A stretch of DNA of 60,309 nt, counting the filler. It is 5 parts of 5 records of this genome, joined end to end, with 100 filler letters (N's around TTAATTAATTAA, not from the genome) between each part and the next. Parts side by side here need not be neighbours in the genome. Positions count along the whole stretch, not along the records: positions 1 to 25,245 come from SRR31156797_26367; 4 more parts are not named here. The stretch is one strand, 5' to 3'. Shown here one piece after another: positions 9,920 to 18,518 of the stretch. The notes below the pieces were generated by a model that was not told the DNA's origin, made no database searches, and saw only the letters and a list, made by a program, of their open reading frames with translations. A program made the position numbers and the translations under genes. Numbering within the stretch: the first letter of the stretch is position 1; each line of letters starts with the position of its first letter.

Positions 9920-10372
9920 ATGGAAATCAAAAAAATACTTTGGCCAACAGACTTTTCAGCCAATGCGGAAAAGGCGCTGGACTATGTTACATCGTTGGGA
10001 GAGAAATATCAGATGGATGTGCATGTGCTCTATGTGATTGAAGATCTGGCCCACCAAAACGAACCGTGGTACGGCGAATTTGATCGATTTCACATCGATA
10101 AAATTCATAAATGGGAAAGGGTAACCGCGGAAAAACGACTTGACCAAATCTGCAAGGTCCATTTGGAGAAGTGTCCCTTGTACATCAGGCATATTGCCAT
10201 CGGCGACCCCGCTGAGGAGATCTTGAAGCTGGCGGACCAGGAAAAAGTGGACATGATTGTAATGGCCACCCGGGGGAGCAGGGCGAGTTTTAGTTTCGGC
10301 AGTGTCTCTGAAAAGGTGATTAAGAATTCGCACGTACCCGTTGTGACCATTCCAACGACGCACAAAGAATAA
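9920..10372 (+). CDS. Universal stress protein
   Basis: KKILWPTDFS, GDPAEEI, DMIVMATRG, FGSVSEKV. Confidence 0.93.
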   Translation: MEIKKILWPTDFSANAEKALDYVTSLGEKYQMDVHVLYVIEDLAHQNEPWYGEFDRFHIDKIHKWERVTAEKRLDQICKVHLEKCPLYIRHIAIGDPAEEILKLADQEKVDMIVMATRGSRASFSFGSVSEKVIKNSHVPVVTIPTTHKE

Positions 10373-10394
10373 CCATTGGAGCGGTTGAAATAAT

Positions 10395-10470
10395 TGGAGC
10401 CACCGTGCGGAGTCGAACCGCAGACATCCTCATTACGAGTGAGGTGCTCTACCAACTGAGCTACGGTGGC
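10395..10470 (-). tRNA. tRNA-Thr(CGT)
   Basis: Minus strand GCCACCGTAGCTCAGTTGGTAGAGCACCTCACTCGTAATGAGGATGTCTGCGGTTCGACTCCGCACGGTGGCTCCA: 76 nt, full cloverleaf, encoded CCA. Confidence 0.97.
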
Positions 10471-10499
10471 CCAAAGGTCTCCAAATTTGAATTTTAGGC

Positions 10500-10528
10500 A
10501 ATATGGTTGTTTTTTTTGACCGTGTCAA
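10500..10528 (-). promoter_or_regulatory. Candidate sigma70 promoter of tRNA-Thr
   Basis: Minus strand TTGACA-N17-CATATT ending about 30 nt before the tRNA. Confidence 0.55.
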
Positions 10529-10592
10529 CTATTTATTTCCTATCATAATCACAATCCATTTTAAACCCCATAATGTATGAACGAGGAAAATC

Positions 10593-11312
10593 ATGAAAAC
10601 CCCCAAGGATTATATTGTATTTCCCCTGGACCTTCCCGACTATGATCAGGCCATGGGCTATGTTGAAACCCTGAAAGAGTCGGTGGGTCTTTTTAAAGTG
10701 GGCCTGGAACTGTTCATCTCCCAGGGCCCCAAGATCATCGATGCCATTCGGGACGTGAGCAGTGCCGGGATATTCCTGGATCTCAAGCTGCACGACATTC
10801 CCGCCACGGTGCAACGGGCTTTCAGGGCCGCCAGCATCCATAAGCCTACCTTTGTGACGGTTCACTGCGATGAGGGGGGAGAAATTCTTAAGGGTGTTGC
10901 TGAAAACAATCCCGGAAATACGAAAATACTGGCCATTACCGTTCTTACCAGTCTCAACCAGGAGAAATTGAAAACCCTGGGGTACCGGGATCAATATGCA
11001 GAGGATATATCCGCCCTGGTCCTTCAAAAGGCGCGGATGGCGAAAGATGCCGGCTGCCACGGGGTGGTCTGTTCCGGCCTGGAGGTGGGGATGGTCAAGC
11101 AAACCCTCGGGCAGGATCTGATCGCGGTCACCCCCGGCATCCGCCCGGCCTGGACCCTTGTGGACCAAGACGACCAGCAACGCATCGTTACTCCGGCGGA
11201 CGCCGTTGGAAACGGGTCCGATTATGTGGTCATCGGTCGCCCCATCCGGGACGCGAAGGATCCCCGGGATGCGGCGAAACGGGTGGCGGAAGAGATTGCA
11301 TCAGCCCTTTAA
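10593..11312 (+). CDS. pyrF: Orotidine-5'-phosphate decarboxylase
   Basis: FKVGLELF, FLDLKLHDIPATV, TVLTS, VTPGIRP, VIGRPI. Confidence 0.97.
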   Translation: MKTPKDYIVFPLDLPDYDQAMGYVETLKESVGLFKVGLELFISQGPKIIDAIRDVSSAGIFLDLKLHDIPATVQRAFRAASIHKPTFVTVHCDEGGEILKGVAENNPGNTKILAITVLTSLNQEKLKTLGYRDQYAEDISALVLQKARMAKDAGCHGVVCSGLEVGMVKQTLGQDLIAVTPGIRPAWTLVDQDDQQRIVTPADAVGNGSDYVVIGRPIRDAKDPRDAAKRVAEEIASAL

Positions 11313-11750
11313 TGTGAGCTTTTCACCATGAACGGCCATGAGGGTCACCATGGCCTTGGCGCTCATGGCCTCCGTTCCTTCCCGAATATCAAAGACTTCC
11401 GATTCCGCGATGATGATCTGTTTCCCCTCTCGGATAACTTTTGAGCGGCACACCAGGGCTTCCCCGTGGGCCGGTCGAAGGAAATTGATCTTGAATTCAA
11501 TGGTCAGGATCTGGAATTCATCCGGAACAATGGTAAAAGCGGAATACCCGGCTGTGTGATCGGCCATGGTGGCCATCACCCCCGCATGAATAAAGCCATC
11601 CTGCTGCCGATGGTGTTCCAAAATGGTCACTCTGGATTGGAAAAAGCCGTATTCCACAACCTCCGGTTCAAACCGGCAGTAATGAATGAATCCACGCGAA
11701 TAGTCTTTTGCCAGAAACGCAGCCCTTTCTTCTGAAATTTCCCCTTTCAT
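11301..11750 (-). CDS. PaaI-family hotdog thioesterase
   Basis: QQDGFIHAGVMATMADHTAG, TIEFKINFLRPA. Confidence 0.9.
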   Translation of the reverse strand: MKGEISEERAAFLAKDYSRGFIHYCRFEPEVVEYGFFQSRVTILEHHRQQDGFIHAGVMATMADHTAGYSAFTIVPDEFQILTIEFKINFLRPAHGEALVCRSKVIREGKQIIIAESEVFDIREGTEAMSAKAMVTLMAVHGEKLTLKG

Positions 11751-11857
11751 CGTTTACCTCAATTTAATTTATCTAATGTAAGAATTTACTGATCAGCCAA
11801 ATGATTTTCAAAAACAATTTAATATGGAAAGCCGTCAACCGGCAACCAATTTTTTCC

Positions 11858-11904
11858 TTGACAATCTTTAAATCCCCGCCTATAAATTGTATACAATAAA
11901 CAAT
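11858..11904 (+). promoter_or_regulatory. sigma70 promoter with overlapping GntR/FadR-type operator
   Basis: TTGACA (11858-11863)-N17-TATAAA (11881-11886), with the perfect palindrome ATTGTATACAAT at 11886-11897. Confidence 0.8.
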
Positions 11905-11924
11905 AGACACCAGGTAAGCCGATT

Positions 11925-12614
11925 ATGAAAATGGATTCCATTGTGGACCGTGCCTGCCAAAACATCCAGGAATGGATTGTGACCGGCCGATTCAAACCCG
12001 GGGAACAGATCAAGGAAGAAAACGTCTCCCAACGTCTGGAAATCAGCCGCCCACCGGTTCGAGAAGCTTTGAAGATGCTGGAAGCCGCCGGCCTGGTGGT
12101 GAGAAAGCCGCGACGTGGTGTTTTTGTCCCTCACCTGACCCGGAAAGACGTATGGGAAATCTATACCCTGAAAGCCGTTTTGTATGAACTGGTCACGGAA
12201 CAGGCCATGGATGTGATAACCGATGTTCAGGTTCGTGAACTGGAAAGATCGGTAGCGGAAATGGAACGGATCGTATCCGAAGATCCCGTGGATATCCTTC
12301 GGTACCAGAAACATCATAAAACTTTTCACAGCCGCTTAATGGGCATTGCCGGAAATGGTCGTCTGGACTCCTTTGCCGCCAACCTGCACAATCAGGTAAC
12401 GCCTTTCAGCTATAAGTCGCTGCAGCAGAAAGAGCACCTGCTCTCTTCGGTTGGGTATCACCGGAAAATCATAGAAGCCATAAAAAAGGGCGACCGGTCT
12501 TCGGCCTGCCGCCTCATGAAACAGCATGTACTGGATGCCCTGTTGGTATTTCAGGATATCCAGGATCCTGTCTGGGATGAAGTCTCGCTTTCTTCCATAC
12601 GGATGGAGGGGTGA
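11925..12614 (+). CDS. GntR-family (FCD domain) transcriptional regulator
   Basis: wHTH FKPGEQIKE...ISRPPVREAL...GLV..KPRRGVFV, with C-terminal FCD His residues (FH, YH, QH). Confidence 0.93.
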   Translation: MKMDSIVDRACQNIQEWIVTGRFKPGEQIKEENVSQRLEISRPPVREALKMLEAAGLVVRKPRRGVFVPHLTRKDVWEIYTLKAVLYELVTEQAMDVITDVQVRELERSVAEMERIVSEDPVDILRYQKHHKTFHSRLMGIAGNGRLDSFAANLHNQVTPFSYKSLQQKEHLLSSVGYHRKIIEAIKKGDRSSACRLMKQHVLDALLVFQDIQDPVWDEVSLSSIRMEG

Positions 12615-12677
12615 GGATTTCCGGGGATTTTTATCCCTTTTGAATGTCAATCCATTTAATTTAAGGAGGTATGGGGA

Positions 12678-13742
12678 ATGAAAAAAGGAAAAGGTTTGTT
12701 TCTGGGATTCTTGCTGGCGAGTCTTCTGGCCATGTTTCTACTGCCCGCGGGGGTAATGGCCGATTCGGGAGAAAAAATTCACCTGAAATTCAGCACATGG
12801 CATCCGCCGGCAAGCCGTGAAGTGAAAACCGTATGGAAACCCATGCTGGCGGAACTGGAGAAGCGCAGCAACGGCCGCATCAAAACCACCCTCTATGCGG
12901 GTGGTGCTCTGGGCAAAGGCCCTGAACATTTTGATATCGTGCGCAAGGGGATGTCCGACATGGGATATTTCACCGCCACCTGGACTCCGGGCAGGTTTCC
13001 GTTGACCGATGTGCTTTCCTTTGCAGCCTGGGTGGATGGTAAGGACGTGGCCGTGGACATCGGCAACAAGGTGTACAAGGGCGCCCTGGAAGAAGAGTTT
13101 AAGGATGTGAAAGTCATAGAATTGAACGGATGCATCCAGGCTTTCTTGTGGACCCGAAAACCGGTCCATTCCCTTGCGGACCTGAAAGGGATGAAAATCA
13201 GGGCTCCCGGCGGTCTGCAGACCCAGTACATTAAGGCCTTGGGCGCAGAGCCGGTGTTCATGCCGCTGGGCGATGTGTACCTGGCCCTTGAAACCGGCAC
13301 CATCGACGGTCTGGTGACCTGCCCTCCCCTGGTTCTGGCCTTCAAACTCTATGAAGTGGCCAAATACGGCGTTGTGGCCACCTTCGGTTGCGTTTCCGAA
13401 GGGGTGGTCATGAACAAGAAAGTCTGGGAAAGGACCCCGGATGATCTGAAAGTCATCATCGAAGAGGTGGCCGGCAATCCGTTCCGTACCACGGGTGGTC
13501 TCAACCAGAGCGTGTACAAGACCATGATGAAGGAAATCGCGGCAAAGGGCGTGAAATTGTACAAACTCCCCCCGGACCAGGAAAAGAAATGGTTCGCCCG
13601 CTTTCAGGGTGTCACCAAAAAATGGGTGGCCGGTCTGGAAGCCAAGGGATTGCCCGCCAAAAAGACGGTTCTCGTGTACGATCAGGCGGCACGGGATGCA
13701 GGGGTAATCTGCGTGGCCATGCCCCCCGAATGGAGAAAATAG
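12678..13742 (+). CDS. TRAP transporter substrate-binding protein (DctP)
   Basis: Signal peptide, GGALG, DLKGMKIRAPG, DVYLALETGTIDG. Confidence 0.93.
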   Translation: MKKGKGLFLGFLLASLLAMFLLPAGVMADSGEKIHLKFSTWHPPASREVKTVWKPMLAELEKRSNGRIKTTLYAGGALGKGPEHFDIVRKGMSDMGYFTATWTPGRFPLTDVLSFAAWVDGKDVAVDIGNKVYKGALEEEFKDVKVIELNGCIQAFLWTRKPVHSLADLKGMKIRAPGGLQTQYIKALGAEPVFMPLGDVYLALETGTIDGLVTCPPLVLAFKLYEVAKYGVVATFGCVSEGVVMNKKVWERTPDDLKVIIEEVAGNPFRTTGGLNQSVYKTMMKEIAAKGVKLYKLPPDQEKKWFARFQGVTKKWVAGLEAKGLPAKKTVLVYDQAARDAGVICVAMPPEWRK

Positions 13743-13788
13743 GCGCTTTTCGTCTGATGAACACCCGTCATTGGGAAAGTGTAAAACC

Positions 13789-14259
13789 ATGCGTAAGTTT
13801 ATTCAAAAAATGACATTTTCGTTAAGCTATGTGGGGATGCTGTTTCTGATCCCCATGATGCTCTTGACCACCGGGGAAGTGGTGGGCCGGGCCATCTGGT
13901 CCCGGCCCATCCCCGGTTCCATGGAATTGTCCAGCTATATGCTCTCCATATTTGTCCTTTTGGGCATCGCCTATACCCATCAGGTGGGGGGGCACGTGCG
14001 CGTCACCATGCTGGTCTCCAGGATTCCCGAAAAAGCCGCTTTGATGTTGCGGATCCTGACCACCCTTCTGAGCCTGTTCATCATCGGTGTCATGGCCTGG
14101 CAAGGGTGGGTGGTGGGCATGGAAGAGCGTACGGTTTCGGATATGCTGAGGGTCCCCCAGTTCCCCTTCAGGATGCTGGTGTCGGTGGCCGGATTTTTTC
14201 TCTGTTTGGAACTGCTGCTGGATCTGGCGGATTCCATCCGGAAATTGATAAGGAGTTGA
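13789..14259 (+). CDS. TRAP small permease (DctQ)
   Basis: Four TM segments, PIPGSMEL, GHVRV. ATG at 13789 chosen as start. Confidence 0.9.
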   Translation: MRKFIQKMTFSLSYVGMLFLIPMMLLTTGEVVGRAIWSRPIPGSMELSSYMLSIFVLLGIAYTHQVGGHVRVTMLVSRIPEKAALMLRILTTLLSLFIIGVMAWQGWVVGMEERTVSDMLRVPQFPFRMLVSVAGFFLCLELLLDLADSIRKLIRS

Positions 14260-14261
14260 TT

Positions 14262-15569
14262 GTGGATCCCGTAACCATCGGCATCATCGGCACGTGTCTC
14301 GTGTTTCTCCTGCTTTTCCTCGGCATGCATATCGCCTATGCATTGATGTTCGTGGGATTTGCGGGAGTGGCCTATCTGTCCAGTTTTGAAGCGGCACTCC
14401 CCATGGTTTCCCGGACCGTCTATGAGGTCTCATCCTATTTCCCTTATACGGTAATCCCTTTGTTTATCATCATGGGGGGGTTCGCGGGAAGCTCGGGCAT
14501 GACCAAGGACCTGTACAGCACCTTTGATAAATGGCTGCGGCGCATGCCGGGAGGGCTGGCCGTGGCCACCATCGGGGCCTGCGCCGGATTCGCAGCGGTT
14601 TCCGGTTCATCCGTTGCCACGGCGGCCACCATGGGAACGGTGGCCCTGCCCGAAATGGAACGATACAAATACCATTCCAGACTGGCCACCGGCGCCATTG
14701 CGGCGGGGGGAACTTTGGGATTTCTGATCCCCCCCAGCATCGGATTCATCGTCTACGGCATGCTCACCGAACAATCCATCGGAAAACTGCTGGTGGCGGG
14801 CATCATTCCCGGATTGGCCCTGGCCCTGGCCTATGTGGGGATTGTGGTACTCATGGTGAAAATCAATCCGAAGCTGGCCCCGGCCAACCCGGAGCCGGTT
14901 TCCTGGCGGGTCAAATTGGCCTCCCTGCTGAAGGTATGGGAACCGTTGGCGGTCTTTCTGCTGGTCATGGGCGGGATTTACGGCGGCCTCTTTACGCCCA
15001 CGGAAGCGGGGGCCATCGGTGCCACGGTACTGCTGTTGGTCGCGCTTTTCAAAAAGAAACTGACCTGGAAGAACCTCACCAACGCCCTTCATGAATCGGT
15101 GCGCATATCCGTCATGGTGCTGTTTCTGGTGGCCGGGGCCAACGTGTTCAGCTATTTTCTGGCACTCTCCACCATTCCCATGCAGGTGGCCGAATGGGCC
15201 GGGTCCCTGGCGGTTTCCCCCTATGTGATCCATACGGTCATCATCATCATGTACATGTTTCTGGGGTGCTTCCTGGACGCCATCAGCATGATGGTGTTGA
15301 CCATGCCCGTTATTTATCCGGTGATCCTGGCGTTAGGGTTCAACCCCATCTGGTTCGGTGTGATTGCGGTGCTGATGATGGAGGCCGGGTTGATTACCCC
15401 GCCCATGGGTTTGAATATTTTTACGGTGGCGGGCGTCGCCAAGGGGGTCCCGGTGGAAACCATTTTTCGCGGTGTGGCCCCGTTTTTACTGGCCGTATTC
15501 GCGGTGGTGGCCCTGGTTACCCTGTTTCCGGATCTGGCGCTTCTGCTGCCCAATATGATGTCGAGGTAA
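14262..15569 (+). CDS. TRAP large permease (DctM)
   Basis: GTG start after AGGAG. SGSSVATAA, GGTLGFLIPPS, FTPTEA, ITPPMG. Confidence 0.93.
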   Translation: MDPVTIGIIGTCLVFLLLFLGMHIAYALMFVGFAGVAYLSSFEAALPMVSRTVYEVSSYFPYTVIPLFIIMGGFAGSSGMTKDLYSTFDKWLRRMPGGLAVATIGACAGFAAVSGSSVATAATMGTVALPEMERYKYHSRLATGAIAAGGTLGFLIPPSIGFIVYGMLTEQSIGKLLVAGIIPGLALALAYVGIVVLMVKINPKLAPANPEPVSWRVKLASLLKVWEPLAVFLLVMGGIYGGLFTPTEAGAIGATVLLLVALFKKKLTWKNLTNALHESVRISVMVLFLVAGANVFSYFLALSTIPMQVAEWAGSLAVSPYVIHTVIIIMYMFLGCFLDAISMMVLTMPVIYPVILALGFNPIWFGVIAVLMMEAGLITPPMGLNIFTVAGVAKGVPVETIFRGVAPFLLAVFAVVALVTLFPDLALLLPNMMSR

Positions 15570-15572
15570 GAA

Positions 15573-15702
15573 AGCTATTAGCCATTAGCTCTTAGCTGGT
15601 GGGAGTAAATGAAATATATAACCAACTTAATCAAGAAATTAATGTAATCAAACGAATGCTAAATAGTTTCATCCAAAAGCTAACAGCTAACAGCTAATAG
15701 CT
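15573..15702. repeat. 25-bp inverted repeat built from 7-bp TTAGCT-type units around an 80-bp AT-rich spacer
   Basis: AGCTATTAGCCATTAGCTCTTAGCT (15573-15597) versus AGCTAACAGCTAACAGCTAATAGCT (15678-15702), 22/25 complementary. Confidence 0.85.
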
Positions 15703-15721
15703 GCTTTTTTAGGAGAGATTC

Positions 15722-17206
15722 ATGTCCTTGCTACAGGAAGTAAAACAACAGTACGGCAAATTGAAATTTCTGATCAACGGAGAATGGGTGGAATCCGAGT
15801 CCACCGACATCCATGAAACCACCAACCCGGCAACGGGAGAGGTGATTGCCCAATTTCCCACCGCAACCCGCGACGAAGCCCTTGCAGCCGTGAAATCGGC
15901 CCATGAAGCCTTTCAAACATGGAAAGACGTTCCCATGCGGGACCGGGCCCGGTTGATGTTCAAGATGCACGCCAAATTCGAGGAGCACTATGAAGAGATG
16001 TGCCGCATCCTTACCCAGGATCACGGCCGAACCATCGGGGAATCGAGAGGCTCCGTAAGCCGGGTCATTGAAAATCTTGAGTCGGCCTGCTCGGCCTTGT
16101 ACGGCCTGGTGAAACGGAACGAGCACCTGGATCAGTTGGCCAACGGTATCGATCAGTACCTGGTGTGGGAGCCTTTGGGGGCATTTTTGATCATCACCCC
16201 GGGAAACATCCCCATGCATGCCTGGTCGTCCTTTGTACCCTATGCCCTGGCCGCCGGGTGCACCGTGGTGGTGAGCCCCAGCCGGCAGGATCCCGTGGCC
16301 GCCGAAACCATTTCAAGGGTGGCCCAGGAAGCGGGCTTCCCCCCGGGCGTCATCAACGTGGTCCATGGGGGACGGCAGATCAATCAGGAAATCCTGTCCC
16401 AACCGGAGATTAAGGGCGTGGGATTCATCGGAAGTAACCGGGCCGGCCATGAACTATTTGAAATGTGCGGAAAACTCAGGAAGACGTCCTCCATCAACGG
16501 CAACGGCAAAAATATGTTGGTGATCATGCCCGATGCGGATCTGGATGAATCGGTCCGATGGCTGACACGGGCCTGCTTCGGCATGACCGGCCAGCGGTGT
16601 CTGGGCGTGGACAATGTGGTGGTGGTGGGAGACATTTATGACGAATTGAAAGAAAAGTTTGTTGCCGCCGCTCAAAACATGAAGATGGGTTATGGTTTGG
16701 ATGAAAGCGTCCAACTGGGACCTTACGCCACAAAGGGCGGGAAAGAGAATATCCTGGATTGGATTGACAACTCCATGAAAGACGGCGCCAAAATGGTTTT
16801 AGATGGGCGAACCGTAAAAGTGGACGATTATCCCAATGGTTACTTTCTGGCCCCCACCATCCTTGAGGACGTGAATGTGGACATGCCCATGGCCAAGGAA
16901 GAGGCTTTTGGCGCGGTGTCCGCCCTCATTCGGGGAGAGAGTCTGGACCAGGCCATTGAATGGATCAACACCCGCACCGACCTGGGGCACTCGGCGGCCA
17001 TCATGACCCAGAGCGGGAAGAATGCCCGAAAAATGATCCGTGAAGCCAATGTGGGCAACGTGGCGGTGAACCTGGGCGTGGCCCAGCCGTACGCCTTTTT
17101 TCCCCTGGGAAGCCGCCGGGAGTCCTTCGTGGGAACAGCCAAGTCGCGAATGGCCTCCATGCGCATGTTCATGGATGAAAAAACCGTGGTGACCCGGTGG
17201 GTGTAG
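15722..17206 (+). CDS. CoA-acylating aldehyde dehydrogenase, (methyl)malonate-semialdehyde dehydrogenase-like
   Basis: ITPGNIP, FIGS, NGNGKN in place of ELGGK (no general-base Glu), FGMTGQRCLG catalytic Cys, EEAFG. Confidence 0.85.
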   Translation: MSLLQEVKQQYGKLKFLINGEWVESESTDIHETTNPATGEVIAQFPTATRDEALAAVKSAHEAFQTWKDVPMRDRARLMFKMHAKFEEHYEEMCRILTQDHGRTIGESRGSVSRVIENLESACSALYGLVKRNEHLDQLANGIDQYLVWEPLGAFLIITPGNIPMHAWSSFVPYALAAGCTVVVSPSRQDPVAAETISRVAQEAGFPPGVINVVHGGRQINQEILSQPEIKGVGFIGSNRAGHELFEMCGKLRKTSSINGNGKNMLVIMPDADLDESVRWLTRACFGMTGQRCLGVDNVVVVGDIYDELKEKFVAAAQNMKMGYGLDESVQLGPYATKGGKENILDWIDNSMKDGAKMVLDGRTVKVDDYPNGYFLAPTILEDVNVDMPMAKEEAFGAVSALIRGESLDQAIEWINTRTDLGHSAAIMTQSGKNARKMIREANVGNVAVNLGVAQPYAFFPLGSRRESFVGTAKSRMASMRMFMDEKTVVTRWV

Positions 17207-17268
17207 GTTTTCGAACCGGGGAATGATGTTGGAATTGCCAGCTTAACCTAACGCAAAATGGAGGGAAT

Positions 17269-18006
17269 ATGATGAGATCAAAACGTTTTCTTTGGCTCTT
17301 TCCGGCTCTCTTGGCAATGATGCTGCTTCCCTCCTTTGCGGGGGCCTGCGTCGACTGCGCCGCCTTTGGAAAAATCGGTGTAATCGTGGTGGACATGCAG
17401 GGGGATTTTACCACCCTGAAGAAAGGGTCCCTGGCCGTCAACGGTACCGATGAAGCGTTTGTTCAAAAGGTGGAAAAAACAACCGTTGACCTGGCCAAGC
17501 ATGGGTTCATGATTTTCGGAACCCAGGACTGGCACCCGGCGGATCATGTTTCATTCCATATCAACCATGACGGCAAAAAGCCCTTTGAGCTGATCCAGGT
17601 CAATGGAAAACCCCAGGTTCTGTGGCCCCCCCACTGTATTCAGGGAACGGAAAACGCCAGGGTTCTGGTGGACAATAACCTCTTTCTGGCCATTGTGAAA
17701 AAAGGCCGGGATACCCGTTTTGACAGCTATTCCGGTTTTCAGGACGATGGCGGCGCCAAAACGGAAATGGCCAAGATCCTGAAACGAAACGGCATCCAGA
17801 AAGTGGTGGTCTACGGCCTTGCCACGGATTATTGCGTCAAGGCCACGGCCATGGACGCCAAAAAAGCCGGGTTCAAGGTTATTGTGGTGGAAGATTTGTG
17901 CAGAGGCGTCGCCCCCGGCACCACAAAAAAAGCGATCAAAGAGATGAAGGGTGCCAGCATTACGGTGCTTAAAACCCTGGATCTTAAAAAAATCAGGGAC
18001 TTGTAA
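17269..18006 (+). CDS. pncA: Nicotinamidase with N-terminal signal peptide
   Basis: VDMQGDF, QDWHPADH, LWPPHC, KG..DSYSGF, GLATDYCV, preceded by MMRSKRFLWLFPALLAMMLLPSFAGA. Confidence 0.92.
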   Translation: MMRSKRFLWLFPALLAMMLLPSFAGACVDCAAFGKIGVIVVDMQGDFTTLKKGSLAVNGTDEAFVQKVEKTTVDLAKHGFMIFGTQDWHPADHVSFHINHDGKKPFELIQVNGKPQVLWPPHCIQGTENARVLVDNNLFLAIVKKGRDTRFDSYSGFQDDGGAKTEMAKILKRNGIQKVVVYGLATDYCVKATAMDAKKAGFKVIVVEDLCRGVAPGTTKKAIKEMKGASITVLKTLDLKKIRDL

Positions 18007-18026
18007 ACTTTAAGGAAAACGGCCAT

Positions 18027-18515
18027 ATGAAAACCCATCGTATGATTTCCATCCGGTTCAATTTGAACGGCGAGGAAATTCAGCTGGATGTGGGGGCCCA
18101 TGAAACCGCCCTGCATGCTATCAGGGAACGCTTGTCCCTCAAAGGGACAAAAGAAGGGTGCGGAATGGGGGAATGCGGTGCCTGCACCATTGTGGTGGAC
18201 GGAAAAAGCATCAATGCCTGCCTCATGGCGGCGCCGCAATTGGACGGTCGAAGGGTCACAACGGTGGAAGGTCTGGGCAGTTATGAAAACCTTCATCCCC
18301 TGCAGGAAGCTTTGCTGGCGCATCACGGGGTCCAGTGCGGATTCTGTACCCCGGGTCTTCTCATGAGCGCGGAGGCCCTCATTGGAAAAACCCCAAGGCC
18401 CACCCGGAAACAGGTGGTGGATGCCATATCGGGGAATCTCTGCCGGTGCACGGGATATCAGCAGATCATTACCGCCATTGAAGACGGCGCGGAAAAAGCC
18501 CGCGGGGAGTCATAG
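18027..18515 (+). CDS. Mo-hydroxylase [2Fe-2S] subunit (nicotinate dehydrogenase NdhS-like)
   Basis: GTKEGCGMGECGACT, QCGFCTPG, GNLCRCTGY. Confidence 0.92.
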   Translation: MKTHRMISIRFNLNGEEIQLDVGAHETALHAIRERLSLKGTKEGCGMGECGACTIVVDGKSINACLMAAPQLDGRRVTTVEGLGSYENLHPLQEALLAHHGVQCGFCTPGLLMSAEALIGKTPRPTRKQVVDAISGNLCRCTGYQQIITAIEDGAEKARGES

Positions 18516-18518
18516 GGC

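Noticed and set aside
10395-10470. tRNA-Thr as integration site of a cus/hcp island
   Set aside because: No integrase and no duplicated tRNA 3' end found in the contig.
12738-13790. Long antisense ORFs (350 aa here; also 2635-3252, 19760-20497, 42289-43014, 46013-46810, 50889-51638)
   Set aside because: Shadows of well-supported genes in GC-rich DNA, with no recognisable motifs.
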